Of a stretch of 64,000 nt of DNA, positions 40,058 through 49,375 are shown one piece after another. Under the pieces are notes generated by a model, which saw nothing but the letters and a program-made list of their open reading frames with translations, was not told where the DNA came from and made no database searches. The position numbers were made by a program, and so were the translations under genes. The DNA comes from Patescibacteria group bacterium (GTDB taxonomy: Bacteria; Patescibacteriota; Minisyncoccia; Phycocordibacterales; Phycocordibacteraceae), in contig JAZJYZ010000001.1 in NCBI GenBank assembly GCA_040390125.1, positions 6,428 through 70,427 of the forward strand, read 5' to 3'. Numbering within the stretch: the first letter of the stretch is position 1; each line of letters starts with the position of its first letter.

Positions 40058-40591
40058 TCAAGAAAGTCGAGGGGTCCCCGAGAGTTTTGACTTCAGGACA
40101 TCTTCGAGAGCAATTTTAAACCAGTACGTATATTGTTCTGGATGTTCTGCAATCTGTCTCCGTAACTCTTCTATATCCATCCACTGCCATTCATCTACTT
40201 CCTCACTATTAATGAGGGGCGTACCATCCCATACTCCGACAAACATGTGATCATACTCGTGCTCAATAAGCCCATTGGAAAATTCGGCCCGGTATGTAAG
40301 CGAATGAACTTCAGTAAGTGGGCAATCAAAACCCATTTCACTTTTAAGACGTCTATGTGCGGCGTCCACAACTAACTCTCCGGCACGAGGATGGCTACAA
40401 CACGTGTTCGTCCATAATCCACCAGAATGATATTTATTAGATGCTCTTTTTTGGAGCATGAGCCGACCACTAGAATCAAAAACAAATACCGAAAAAGCAC
40501 GGTGGAGTACGCCTCGTTGGTGGGCTTCCAATTTACCCATCGTGCCGATTTCTGTATCGTTCTCGTCAACTAAAATAACTCGTTCTTCCAT
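40058..40591 (-). CDS. idi: Isopentenyl-diphosphate delta-isomerase, type 1 (Nudix family)
   Basis: LHRAFSVFVFDSSGRLMLQKRASNKYHSGGLWTNTCCSHP..GE..AA.RRLKSEMG matches the IDI-1 active-site region (Cys and Glu in WTNxxCxHP). Confidence 0.8.
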   Translation of the reverse strand: MEERVILVDENDTEIGTMGKLEAHQRGVLHRAFSVFVFDSSGRLMLQKRASNKYHSGGLWTNTCCSHPRAGELVVDAAHRRLKSEMGFDCPLTEVHSLTYRAEFSNGLIEHEYDHMFVGVWDGTPLINSEEVDEWQWMDIEELRRQIAEHPEQYTYWFKIALEDVLKSKLSGTPRLS

Positions 40592-40644
40592 AAGGTATTC
40601 ACGGAATAATACAGTATGAGAGAAAAATTAGTTTCAAAGAGGCA

Positions 40645-41271
40645 TTAATCCTCCCAAACTTTCATTTCCGCCCTTAAAAGGCCCAAAACGGAAAGTGACA
40701 TTAAAGGTTTTGAGTGCCCTGGCTTGAGAATTGAAGGAGCATGTGAAGCTAATATAGTTTTTGTCGCATTCCGTAAAGGAAACCTTTGGTGCAATTCTTC
40801 CGGATTAAACCAACCTTCAATTTCAACTTCATTATCTACCGGATGAGTCATCAGATCAGCGGCGGTTCCCACAAAGTGAACTTCGAAAACACGGGAATAC
40901 CAATTTGAAATCATACCTTCACCACGATAACAAGTCTTAGGATCGATACGAAAAAGCTTTCCTACACGTTCGACTGGAATTCCCAACTCTTCAGAAAGTC
41001 CTCGCAACACTGCTTCTTCGAACATCTCGCCATTCTCTTCGTACTGAACCGTCTCGCAGGGAACACCGTATTCGTTTGGTTTTCTTTCGGTTATATCTTT
41101 CGTTTTATTTTCTTTAACTATAAGAATTTTCCCTTCTTTATTTAAAATAAAAACACCAACACCCAACCCCTTATGCCCCTTTTCAAAAGCAACCCCGGGG
41201 GGCGTAAGCAATTTACGAAATAGAGGAGCTTGTTCAATTCGGCGAGCTTCAGGTTGAAACAACATATACAT
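40645..41271 (-). CDS. NUDIX hydrolase
   Basis: Nudix box GVPCETVQYEENGEMFEEAVLRGLSEELGI (Gx5Ex7REUxEExGU). Confidence 0.75.
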   Translation of the reverse strand: MYMLFQPEARRIEQAPLFRKLLTPPGVAFEKGHKGLGVGVFILNKEGKILIVKENKTKDITERKPNEYGVPCETVQYEENGEMFEEAVLRGLSEELGIPVERVGKLFRIDPKTCYRGEGMISNWYSRVFEVHFVGTAADLMTHPVDNEVEIEGWFNPEELHQRFPLRNATKTILASHAPSILKPGHSKPLMSLSVLGLLRAEMKVWED

Positions 41272-41873
41272 TAATTAGTACGCAAAAGAAAATTAGAAAG
41301 TTCCACTGGAGTTTTCACAACCTTATTAGGTTTTCCTTTTTTAAGACGTGTACGGGAATGAAAACCGGAGGCAAAAGCAATAGTTTTAATACCCGTGCTA
41401 CTAACCTCCTCAAGATCACCACGTGTGTCTGTAACGAACCAGGAATTTTCTGCAGTTACCCCGGTCTCTTCTAACAACCCTTGTATTTTTTCAACCTTAC
41501 TTGCACTTTTTTGCACACCCCACACCTGGTTGAACAATGGCTTAATGCCATTACTTAAGAGGTACCCATTTATTCCATCCTCATCGCTTGAGGAAATGAT
41601 CGCCATTGAAAATACCTTATGTAAAGCGGGCAAAGTACTCTTCCATCCAGATGCCAATCTCACATTTTTCAATGCTTCTGCATATTTTGCATAAAACTTA
41701 GGCATACTGAGCTCTATCTTTTTTCTTTTCAGATAGGTATGAAGGTTTTCATCGAACCACCTTCGATACTCAGTTTTCGTCAGCGTAGGAACCTGTTCTT
41801 TAAAAATTCTATAACTCAACTCAAATGTGTCCGCTAAAACACCGTCAAAATCAAATATAAGAAGCCTTTCCAT
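41271..41873 (-). CDS. HAD-superfamily hydrolase (phosphatase)
   Basis: Motif I LIFDFDGVLADT at the N-terminus. HAD motif II/III-like residues downstream. 200 aa. Confidence 0.75.
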   Translation of the reverse strand: MERLLIFDFDGVLADTFELSYRIFKEQVPTLTKTEYRRWFDENLHTYLKRKKIELSMPKFYAKYAEALKNVRLASGWKSTLPALHKVFSMAIISSSDEDGINGYLLSNGIKPLFNQVWGVQKSASKVEKIQGLLEETGVTAENSWFVTDTRGDLEEVSSTGIKTIAFASGFHSRTRLKKGKPNKVVKTPVELSNFLLRTN

Positions 41874-41918
41874 GATATTTTATATAGTATATCATGATAT
41901 ATAGATAATGTCAATTAT

Positions 41919-43586
41919 TCACATCGCCTCAGGAGCCCGTATTCCAAGAACGTAGAGGCCGTTTTTCATTGTTAGTGCAAAAGCACTTGTAAGAGCGAGT
42001 TTGTAGGATTCGTACTCATCTCCGATGATGCGTCCTTGTGCGTACCAACCATTAAATGCACTCGCAAGCTCCGTAAGGTACGTGGTGACGTGGTGTGGCT
42101 CGTATTCCTTCCCTGCTCTTTCCACGACTTCAGGAAAGCGATACAGAAGTCGCTCGAGCGAGGAAACCGTTTCGGGAAGGCTTCCAGCTTTCAGCTTCCA
42201 GCTTCCAGCTTTCTTCAAGACCGATTGGGAGCGAGCATAAGAATATTGCAAATACGGGCCGGAGTCGCCTTCAAATGAAAGTGAGGCTTCTGGATCAAAG
42301 ATAATATTTTTTCCCGTTGACTGTTTCAACACCGAATACTTAATTGCAGAAACAGCCACTGCATCTGCGACATCACGTTTTATTTCTTCAGACTCAAACA
42401 CACGCCCCTCCATTTTTGCCAATGCTTTTGCTCGCATCTCTTCTATCAAGGATTCTCCGGTAATTATGTTTCCTTTTCTCGATGACATCTTGCCTGTTGT
42501 TAGTTGCATCATGCCAAATACCACGTGCGTGTAGCGCCCATGAAGAGCCGGCATTAATTCTGCAAGCGATGATTCAACAACCTTAAAATAAGCGTCCTGC
42601 TCCACAGCGACAGTGGTTATGTTCAAATCAAAAGGCGATGTGTGCAACTTTGCCTCTACCAACCCAAGCTCTTTTGCTTCATAGGTTGGTGTTCCTTTGG
42701 ATGTTAAAAACACTCGAGTGTGCAAACCTACTTTCTCGCCTTTGTATACAACGGCTCCGTCACTTTTCTCAAAAATCCCCTTCTCCAAACCTTCTCTCAC
42801 AAGTTCGACACCTCGCCTCCATACTTCACTCTCAAAGAAATAGCGATCAAACCGTGAACCTAGAATAGTGTAGAGATCATCAAAGTGTGCGATTGAAGTT
42901 TTACGGCCTTCTGTGTAGAGGTCATGAAGTGTAGGATCATTTTCATATAAACGAACATTGAGAGAGTCGATTTCTTTTTTCGCTTCCGGGTCGTCCTCAT
43001 ACGCACTGTTACCTGCAACGTACGCCGCACCAAGTGCTGAAATATCTTTCGGATCAAGATGCTCCTTCATGATGCCCCATATGCACTTAGCAACATGGGG
43101 GCCGATATCGCCCTGATAATTTGCTCGGAATATTTTAGCCCCTGAGGCTTCTACTAAACGGGACACCGTTTCACCTACAGCCGTCGACATCAAGTGCCCA
43201 ATATGGAATGGCTTGAAAGGATTTGGCTGTGAATACTCAACAATGATCTTCTTTCCTTTAAGAGTTGCATTACTGCCCCACAACTCTCCCCTCTCAAGAA
43301 TTCCCAAAACACTGTCAGAAAAGAAAGCACGTGTGAGATGGAAGTTAATGAATCCAGCACCTGCAACGTCTATTTTCTCTACGCCCTCTATTGTTCCTAG
43401 GGTTGCGACAATCTCTTCCGCAAGTGTACGAGGATTCTTGCCTGCTTTTTTTGCAACAGCGAGTGCAATGTTTGTGGAATAATCCCCGTGTGAGAGCTCA
43501 CTTGGGTGCTCAAGCACTACCTCGCCCTCAAGCCCGAGAGTCTTTAGCGAATGCTGTATTGCTTCAATAATTGCCTCAGAAATCAT
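41919..43586 (-). CDS. argS: Arginyl-tRNA synthetase
   Basis: Class I HIGH (PFHIGHLMST), catalytic core and C-terminal DALR anticodon-binding region. The ORF extends to 43751, but the conserved N-terminus begins at MISEAIIEAI (ATG 43586). Contains an in-frame heptamer-repeat insertion at 42181..42215. Confidence 0.9.
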   Translation of the reverse strand: MISEAIIEAIQHSLKTLGLEGEVVLEHPSELSHGDYSTNIALAVAKKAGKNPRTLAEEIVATLGTIEGVEKIDVAGAGFINFHLTRAFFSDSVLGILERGELWGSNATLKGKKIIVEYSQPNPFKPFHIGHLMSTAVGETVSRLVEASGAKIFRANYQGDIGPHVAKCIWGIMKEHLDPKDISALGAAYVAGNSAYEDDPEAKKEIDSLNVRLYENDPTLHDLYTEGRKTSIAHFDDLYTILGSRFDRYFFESEVWRRGVELVREGLEKGIFEKSDGAVVYKGEKVGLHTRVFLTSKGTPTYEAKELGLVEAKLHTSPFDLNITTVAVEQDAYFKVVESSLAELMPALHGRYTHVVFGMMQLTTGKMSSRKGNIITGESLIEEMRAKALAKMEGRVFESEEIKRDVADAVAVSAIKYSVLKQSTGKNIIFDPEASLSFEGDSGPYLQYSYARSQSVLKKAGSWKLKAGSLPETVSSLERLLYRFPEVVERAGKEYEPHHVTTYLTELASAFNGWYAQGRIIGDEYESYKLALTSAFALTMKNGLYVLGIRAPEAM

Positions 43587-43651
43587 ACTTTCGCCATCAT
43601 ACCTCGCTAGAGCATGTCTTAAAACGGGGGTGTCCAAGCCGAGACACCGAC

Positions 43652-43897
43652 TCACCTCTGGAACCAACCATGAACACATGAAGGCTTGTCGTGACTTACG
43701 ACTCCCGCTATGTTTATTGTTGGTTCGCCATGCCCTATTGATTCTCCACATCCCCTACATACGGGATAGTGCTCTTTAGGGGCAATCGTTGATTTTTCTT
43801 TTGTCGAGCCAATCATGCTTAGGAGCGTATTGAGGTTCGACTTAGTAAGTGGCCACCCTATAACGACTGGAAGTTGCCCATGATTTTTTTCTTTCAT
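43652..43897 (-). CDS. Possible small Cys-containing ORF (81 aa) upstream of argS
   Basis: ORF has a CRGCGESIGHGEP segment. Its stop is followed immediately by a GGTGTC/GACACC hairpin plus U-run. Could be spurious. Confidence 0.2.
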   Translation of the reverse strand: MKEKNHGQLPVVIGWPLTKSNLNTLLSMIGSTKEKSTIAPKEHYPVCRGCGESIGHGEPTINIAGVVSHDKPSCVHGWFQR

Positions 43898-44135
43898 ATT
43901 TTTTTTATTATTGTAGGTAATACGCTTGGAGCGTGTTTTATTTCATCTCGAAACTGTTCACGGTCTCCTCGACCATCTTCTGCAATTTTTTAATCACTCC
44001 TTCTTTGCCTATTTCCCTAATAAGCTTGGCTATTTCAACGGCGTAGAAGGTGATTCTAACTGGTGGTTCAGGTAGAGGATTTTCTTTGTTTGATGTTTCC
44101 ATGGTTTTAGATTGTTAGATTGAGTATCTGGATAA

Positions 44136-44164
44136 GAAAAAACAGCCTCGCTTGAGGCTGTTTG
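44136..44164. terminator. Hairpin terminator (AAAAAACAGCCTCGCTTGAGGCTGTTT)
   Basis: Located 3' of the GNAT gene on the minus strand. Confidence 0.6.
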
Positions 44165-44318
44165 GGAAATTTCGTCAGATACAAAAACTCGCAGACAGCC
44201 TCAAACAGAGTGTCTACGACGAGCCTGAATTGATACGACATGCCTATTCATAGGATTAATATTAACAACCAATGCAGTTAAGTCAATAGGCGGAGGTATA
44301 TGTGCGTGCGTGAAAAAA

Positions 44319-44708
44319 TTAAAGGATTTTCAGGAGAGCAAACTTTTCTTTATTGAACGTTCCAAAACCATGCTTATCAAACAGTGCCGGCACACCAGTA
44401 ACGCTCAAGAGTTCGTAAATATCTTTTTTCTTTGCGAATGCTATGCAAGTATCGATCAATGCTGTTGCAATACCTCTGCGTTGAAAATCTTTAGAAACCG
44501 CAAGGCTTCTAATTTCACCGAGGCGTTTTGAATAAATCACTAGTGCACAGCATCCTATGATTTTCCCATCCTCTATGGCTACAAAAAACTCGCTCGGTTT
44601 CGGTAAATGCTTTTGCAAAAGCGTATCAGGATATTCTTTGATGAGTTTCTTGATGCCAAGAAAATCCCTCAGTGATGCCCTTCTTATTTTCACGGCAGCA
44701 GTAGGCAC
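44319..44708 (-). CDS. GNAT family N-acetyltransferase
   Basis: Acetyl-CoA binding motif A (..QRRGIATALI..) and the motif V..A.NL.. 129 aa. Confidence 0.8.
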   Translation of the reverse strand: MPTAAVKIRRASLRDFLGIKKLIKEYPDTLLQKHLPKPSEFFVAIEDGKIIGCCALVIYSKRLGEIRSLAVSKDFQRRGIATALIDTCIAFAKKKDIYELLSVTGVPALFDKHGFGTFNKEKFALLKIL

Positions 44709-45968
44709 TTACACAAACGACTCAGGAATAGGAAACTGCTGAGCAAGCTCTTTTACTTCTTCATGCACCGCTCGCTTTGTATCCGCATTATCTTTATTTT
44801 TCAGCGTTTGAATCATAAGCTCTGCAACACGTGCACATTCCACTTCTTTAAATCCACGAGTGGTTATTGCGGGAGAGCCAAAGCGTATACCAGAAGGGTC
44901 GAGAGGTTTCCTCGTGTCTCCTGCAATTGAGTTCATGTTGAGTGTAATGCCAACCTCATCGAGCACCGTCTGTGATTCTTTGCCCGTCACCCCTAGGGAG
45001 CCAAATACATCCGCAAGAATCAAATGATTATCTGTACCTCCCCCAATCATGCGCACCCCCTCACGTCGAAGCACATGCTCCATCGCTTTGGCATTTTTCA
45101 AAATTTGCTGTGCATACTCTTGAAACGCTGGCGTTCCCGCCTCACCAAACGCAACGGCCTTCGCAGCGATAGTGTGCATGTGTGGCCCTCCTTGGATACC
45201 GGGGAAAATTGCTTTATCTATCTTGGTTGCGATTTCCTCGCTTTCACGGGTGAGGATAATGCCCCCACGAGGCCCCCTGAGTGTTTTGTGTGTCGTTGAA
45301 GTAATGATATCGAAACCATCGTCAAATGGGTTCCGGAGTGCCTTGCCCGCAATAAGGCCAGCAATGTGTGCCATGTCTGCCATCGTTATGGCTCCTACTT
45401 CATGCGCAATATCAACAAATTTTTTATAGTCGAGCGTGCGTGAATATGCACTGAAGCCTGCAAGAATAATTTTAGGTTTCGTTTCAATTGCAACACGGCG
45501 GAGCTCGTCATAATCTATCTCCCCTGTTTCAGGGTCTTTCATTTTGTAGGTAACAAACTTGTAGACCTTTGCGGGGAGTGTCATAGGATGCCCGTGCGTA
45601 AGGTGTCCGCCGTGTGACAAATCCATACCAAGAACGGTGTCGCCAGGATTCAAAAGTGCTGCGTAGACCGCTAAGTTTGCGGGAGCTCCTGAGTGAGGCT
45701 GTACATTCGCAAATTTACAATTAAAAAGTGCTTTCACCCGTTCAATCGCAAGACGCTCAACAATGTCAGTGAACTCCTGTCCGCCGTAGTAACGTTTTCC
45801 TGGGTATCCTTCAGAATATTTGTTTGTAAATACGGAACCATTGGCCTCTAGAACCGCTTTGGACACATAATTTTCAGACGGGATAAGCTCTAACCCTTCT
45901 TCCTCTCGTTTTTTCTCACCCGCTATTGCGTTAGCTACTTCTGTATCCTGTTTTTCGATGTATGCCAT
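44709..45968 (-). CDS. glyA: Serine hydroxymethyltransferase
   Basis: PLP-binding region TTTTHKTLRGPRGG and strong collinearity with SHMT. 419 aa. Confidence 0.95.
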   Translation of the reverse strand: MAYIEKQDTEVANAIAGEKKREEEGLELIPSENYVSKAVLEANGSVFTNKYSEGYPGKRYYGGQEFTDIVERLAIERVKALFNCKFANVQPHSGAPANLAVYAALLNPGDTVLGMDLSHGGHLTHGHPMTLPAKVYKFVTYKMKDPETGEIDYDELRRVAIETKPKIILAGFSAYSRTLDYKKFVDIAHEVGAITMADMAHIAGLIAGKALRNPFDDGFDIITSTTHKTLRGPRGGIILTRESEEIATKIDKAIFPGIQGGPHMHTIAAKAVAFGEAGTPAFQEYAQQILKNAKAMEHVLRREGVRMIGGGTDNHLILADVFGSLGVTGKESQTVLDEVGITLNMNSIAGDTRKPLDPSGIRFGSPAITTRGFKEVECARVAELMIQTLKNKDNADTKRAVHEEVKELAQQFPIPESFV

Positions 45969-45972
45969 TGTG

Positions 45973-46674
45973 TTATTTCTTACCCTTAATAACTTTTAAA
46001 ACAGTGCCATAAATTTGCTCATGTATTTCTTCTCTCGGAAGAATACCATTTCTGTTTCCGCACTCAATCTTCTTCCAATTTCCCTTTTGGCTGATGAGCT
46101 TCAAGGCACTTTTCTGTGCCGCCTCAAGATATTCTGCATCACCCTCTACAATATCCTTCCCTCGGTGGGCATAGCGTTTCTTATCGTCCCGATCCTTATT
46201 CTTTAGAAGCTTCAACACTTCCTTCATAGGAAGATGTAGGTAGACAATCAAATCAGGTCGTGGCAATCCAAAAACACCATGCTCCATGGTGTCGAGCCAC
46301 TTCAAAAACGCACGGCGCTTCGCAGCATTTTGTATCTTTCCTCCTTGGTGGAGTTGATTTGCAGACACATATCGATCAAGAACGACTGTTTTCCCCTCTT
46401 TTAGCCACTTCTCCAATCTTTCTTTGGACTCAAAGCGGTCAGCTGCATACATAACTGAGGCAATGTACGGGTCAATATGCAAAAAATCGCCATACTCACC
46501 CGTGAGCATTGCGCCTATAAAGTGGCCAAAGAAATTCTTGTAGTACTGAGGAAAATCCAACGTTTCAACCCTCACCCCCTCTCGCTTGAGGCGGGCGACC
46601 AGAAGCTTTGTTTGTGTGGCTTTACCTACCCCGTCGGTACCGTCTATTACTATGAGTTTTCCACGTTTTGCCAT
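45973..46674 (-). CDS. tmk: Thymidylate kinase
   Basis: P-loop GKLIVIDGTDGVGKAT, DRY-like motif (VVLDRYV) and lid region. Start set at ATG 46674 with an AGGT RBS; the ORF extends to 46794. Confidence 0.85.
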   Translation of the reverse strand: MAKRGKLIVIDGTDGVGKATQTKLLVARLKREGVRVETLDFPQYYKNFFGHFIGAMLTGEYGDFLHIDPYIASVMYAADRFESKERLEKWLKEGKTVVLDRYVSANQLHQGGKIQNAAKRRAFLKWLDTMEHGVFGLPRPDLIVYLHLPMKEVLKLLKNKDRDDKKRYAHRGKDIVEGDAEYLEAAQKSALKLISQKGNWKKIECGNRNGILPREEIHEQIYGTVLKVIKGKK

Positions 46675-46867
46675 TGAAGAAAGTATACCTTCTAAAAGCT
46701 TTGGTGCCATTTTTGAAGAATATGACATTTTAACTTCCAAGTTCTTCTGTGCATGATAATAGCAACCGCCCCGCCAACGGCGGGGCACATGCAAAACAGA
46801 AGGGCAAAATCAAAGTTCCAAAAGGCAATCAACAGCACAAAACAAAGCAAGAGGTCAAAAACAAAAC

Positions 46868-47206
46868 TCAATATTTCTCGACAACGCAGTCGTACCCATC
46901 CCATTTGCCGCCACGACGAAAGGAGTCACGCCAGAACTTGCCACCAAGCCAGCGCGTAAACGAAACCGGATCGTCATCACCTGCGTTGGGGAAAAAGTTC
47001 CAGGTTGACTTCCACCTACGTGCCATATCTGAAGTGCAATTCTTGTTGAGCCATGCAAGCATTTCCTGAAGCTCATCTTCTCCTGCGCCATTCTTGCGTG
47101 TTTTATCAACCGCTTCCCCTATGGTCTGTGCTGTGACACGTCTGAGCCTTAGTTTAGGAGGGAGCTCGAGCGTTCCTCCCATCCGTTCGAGTTTTGACGC
47201 ACTCAT
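46868..47206 (-). CDS. Hypothetical Trp-rich protein (112 aa)
   Basis: No recognisable family. Its conserved-looking aromatic spacing suggests a real gene. Confidence 0.4.
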   Translation of the reverse strand: MSASKLERMGGTLELPPKLRLRRVTAQTIGEAVDKTRKNGAGEDELQEMLAWLNKNCTSDMARRWKSTWNFFPNAGDDDPVSFTRWLGGKFWRDSFRRGGKWDGYDCVVEKY

Positions 47207-47231
47207 AAATATGCAGTTAGAGTATATTAAA

Positions 47232-47384
47232 AAGCTGAATAAAGCTGAATAAAGCTGAAATTAATATAACCTTGTATGAGAGAATTGTCAAGGTTTCGTA
47301 AAGTAAGTTCAAGAGTGAATCCTATTTGGATTTTAAAGCTATAAGCTATAAGCTATAAGCTATACGCTATAAGCTATAAGCTCT
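47232..47384. repeat. Tandem repeats (AAGCTGAATA)x3 and (AGCTATA)x7 abutting the thyA start codon
   Basis: AAGCTGAATAAAGCTGAATAAAGCTGAAATT ... AAGCTATAAGCTATAAGCTATAAGCTATACGCTATAAGCTATAAGCTCTTTCTATG(thyA). Confidence 0.95.
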
Positions 47385-47388
47385 TTCT

Positions 47389-48237
47389 ATGCGCCAATAC
47401 AACAATCTCCTCAAGAAAGTTTTAGAAGAAGGGGCAGACCGTGAGACCCGTAATGGGAAAACCCGTGCGCTCTTTGGTCTCCAAATGCGTTTCAACATGG
47501 CAGATGGATTTCCTGCGGTCACCACAAAAAAACTGGCATTCAAAGCAGTGCAGAGCGAACTTCTATGGTTCATCGAAGGCTCGAATGATGATAACCGTTT
47601 GAAAGAATTAAATAGCAGTGAGCGCACTATCTGGACTGACAATGCTGAAGCTCCCTACTGGGCACCAAAAGCAAAATTTCCTGGCGACTTAGGGCGCGTG
47701 TACGGAGTGCAGTGGAGAAAATGGCAGGGACCAAACGGTAAGGTTGTCGACCAACTTGCAGAAGTCATTGAGAAAATAAAAACAGATCCGACTAACCGCA
47801 GGCTCATCGTCTCTGCATGGAATCCGGGCGAGCTCGACCAAATGGCATTACCTCCATGCCATATGTTCTTCCAGTTTTTTGTAGCCCCTTCGAATACCTC
47901 AGGGCAAGCAGGAAAGCTATCACTTCTCATGCATCAACGCTCATGCGATATGTTTCTTGGCGTGCCATTCAACATCGCTTCCTATTCCCTTCTGCTTGCA
48001 ATGATTGCACAGGTTACAAATCTCGTGCCTCACGAATTTGTACACTCGCTCGGTGACGCACACATCTACCATGACCATTTGGATGCAGTGAAAGAACAAC
48101 TCTCCCGTGAACCCCTCGCTCTCCCCTCTCTAAAATTGAATCCAAATATAAAAAACATTAATGATTTCAAAATGGAAGATATAGAATTAGAAAATTACCA
48201 ATCTCACCCACCCATTAAAGCTAAAATGGCCGTTTAG
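47389..48237 (+). CDS. thyA: Thymidylate synthase (ThyA type)
   Basis: ThyA motifs RTGTG-like (RNGKTR), active-site region LPPCHMFFQF with catalytic Cys, and DAHIY. 282 aa. Confidence 0.95.
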   Translation: MRQYNNLLKKVLEEGADRETRNGKTRALFGLQMRFNMADGFPAVTTKKLAFKAVQSELLWFIEGSNDDNRLKELNSSERTIWTDNAEAPYWAPKAKFPGDLGRVYGVQWRKWQGPNGKVVDQLAEVIEKIKTDPTNRRLIVSAWNPGELDQMALPPCHMFFQFFVAPSNTSGQAGKLSLLMHQRSCDMFLGVPFNIASYSLLLAMIAQVTNLVPHEFVHSLGDAHIYHDHLDAVKEQLSREPLALPSLKLNPNIKNINDFKMEDIELENYQSHPPIKAKMAV

Positions 48238-48295
48238 AAAAATAACGAGCAGGGCGAGTATATTTTTGTTAACCCCGTTAAATCCTTGCAAGCGT

Positions 48296-48565
48296 ATGTT
48301 TCAGTACATATATGTACTCCTATCAGGAAAAGATGGAAAATTCTACACCGGATATACAGAAAACTTGCAAGGACGACTTGAGGCGCATAAGAAAGGCGAG
48401 GTGACTTCGACAAAGCTCCGCCGACCATTCAAACTTATATACTCAGAAGCGTGTTTAGACCGCAAAGATGCTATTCGATGCGAAAAGTATTTAAAAACAC
48501 ATCATGGTAAAATGTTTCTACATGCACGCCTCAAGTCGTATTTAACAGGGTGTAAGATTTTTTAA
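48296..48565 (+). CDS. GIY-YIG nuclease-domain protein (free-standing, UPF0213/YhbQ-like)
   Basis: YIYVLLSGKDGKFYTGYTENLQGRLEAHKKG contains the GIY-(10)-YIG, Arg and Glu elements of the GIY-YIG catalytic fold. No DNA-binding extension. Confidence 0.75.
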   Translation: MFQYIYVLLSGKDGKFYTGYTENLQGRLEAHKKGEVTSTKLRRPFKLIYSEACLDRKDAIRCEKYLKTHHGKMFLHARLKSYLTGCKIF

Positions 48566-48592
48566 CTCATCTGATTCGTAACAAAATCTAAC

Positions 48593-49291
48593 ATGGCACT
48601 CTCCGACAAAAAAATACTTGAACACATGAAAGTGGGTACGGTCGTCATCGAGCCGTTTGACCGTGCAAATCTTGCAACGTCGAGTTACGACGTAACTCTC
48701 GGCGAGTGGTATTTCCGTGAACAGCCACCGCAAGGGCACAAGAAGGTCTACAACGTGTACAGCAAATCCGACACTGAAATTGTCTGGGACACCAAACCTC
48801 GCCGCGCAAAAACTGCCAAGGAAGCTCTGAAAAACTTTAACTTCTCGTTCGATGGCATCAGACCAGACGATAAAGTTATTTTGATGGAGCCAGGTGAAAC
48901 AATCCTTGCGCACACACAAGAGTTCATTGGTGGCAGAGAGACGGTAACAACCATGATGAAAGCACGCTCTTCAATGGGACGGAATTTCATCAACGTCTGT
49001 AAATGTGCGGGCTGGGGAGACGTTGGCTATACCAACCGATGGGTAATGGAAATTTCGAATGCATCGCAACACTACATGATTCCAATTGTTGTAGGGCGCA
49101 GGATTGCACAGTTAGTATTCTTTGAAACAGGTCCTATTCTTGCTGGTGACTATACAAAAACAGGCAAGTACCAAACAACAAACAACATCAAAGAACTAAA
49201 GAGGTCGTGGAAACCGGAAACAATGCTCCCAAAACTCTGGGCTGACAGGGACATCAAGAAGCACCATCCATGGCACCAGAAAGGAAAGTAG
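48593..49291 (+). CDS. dcd: dCTP deaminase family protein (dUTPase superfamily)
   Basis: N-terminus ILSDKKILEH..G.V.IEPFD....SSYDVTLG and central beta-jelly-roll motifs typical of Dcd/Dut. A 232-aa length suggests a Dcd-type enzyme with C-terminal extension. Confidence 0.75.
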   Translation: MALSDKKILEHMKVGTVVIEPFDRANLATSSYDVTLGEWYFREQPPQGHKKVYNVYSKSDTEIVWDTKPRRAKTAKEALKNFNFSFDGIRPDDKVILMEPGETILAHTQEFIGGRETVTTMMKARSSMGRNFINVCKCAGWGDVGYTNRWVMEISNASQHYMIPIVVGRRIAQLVFFETGPILAGDYTKTGKYQTTNNIKELKRSWKPETMLPKLWADRDIKKHHPWHQKGK

Positions 49292-49375
49292 TAGGTAGAA
49301 TGTAGTGTGTAGTATGAAGAAAAGAAACCATGCAAAGTTGTTTGACGACCCTCTACGTTCCACTTTCTACTTACT

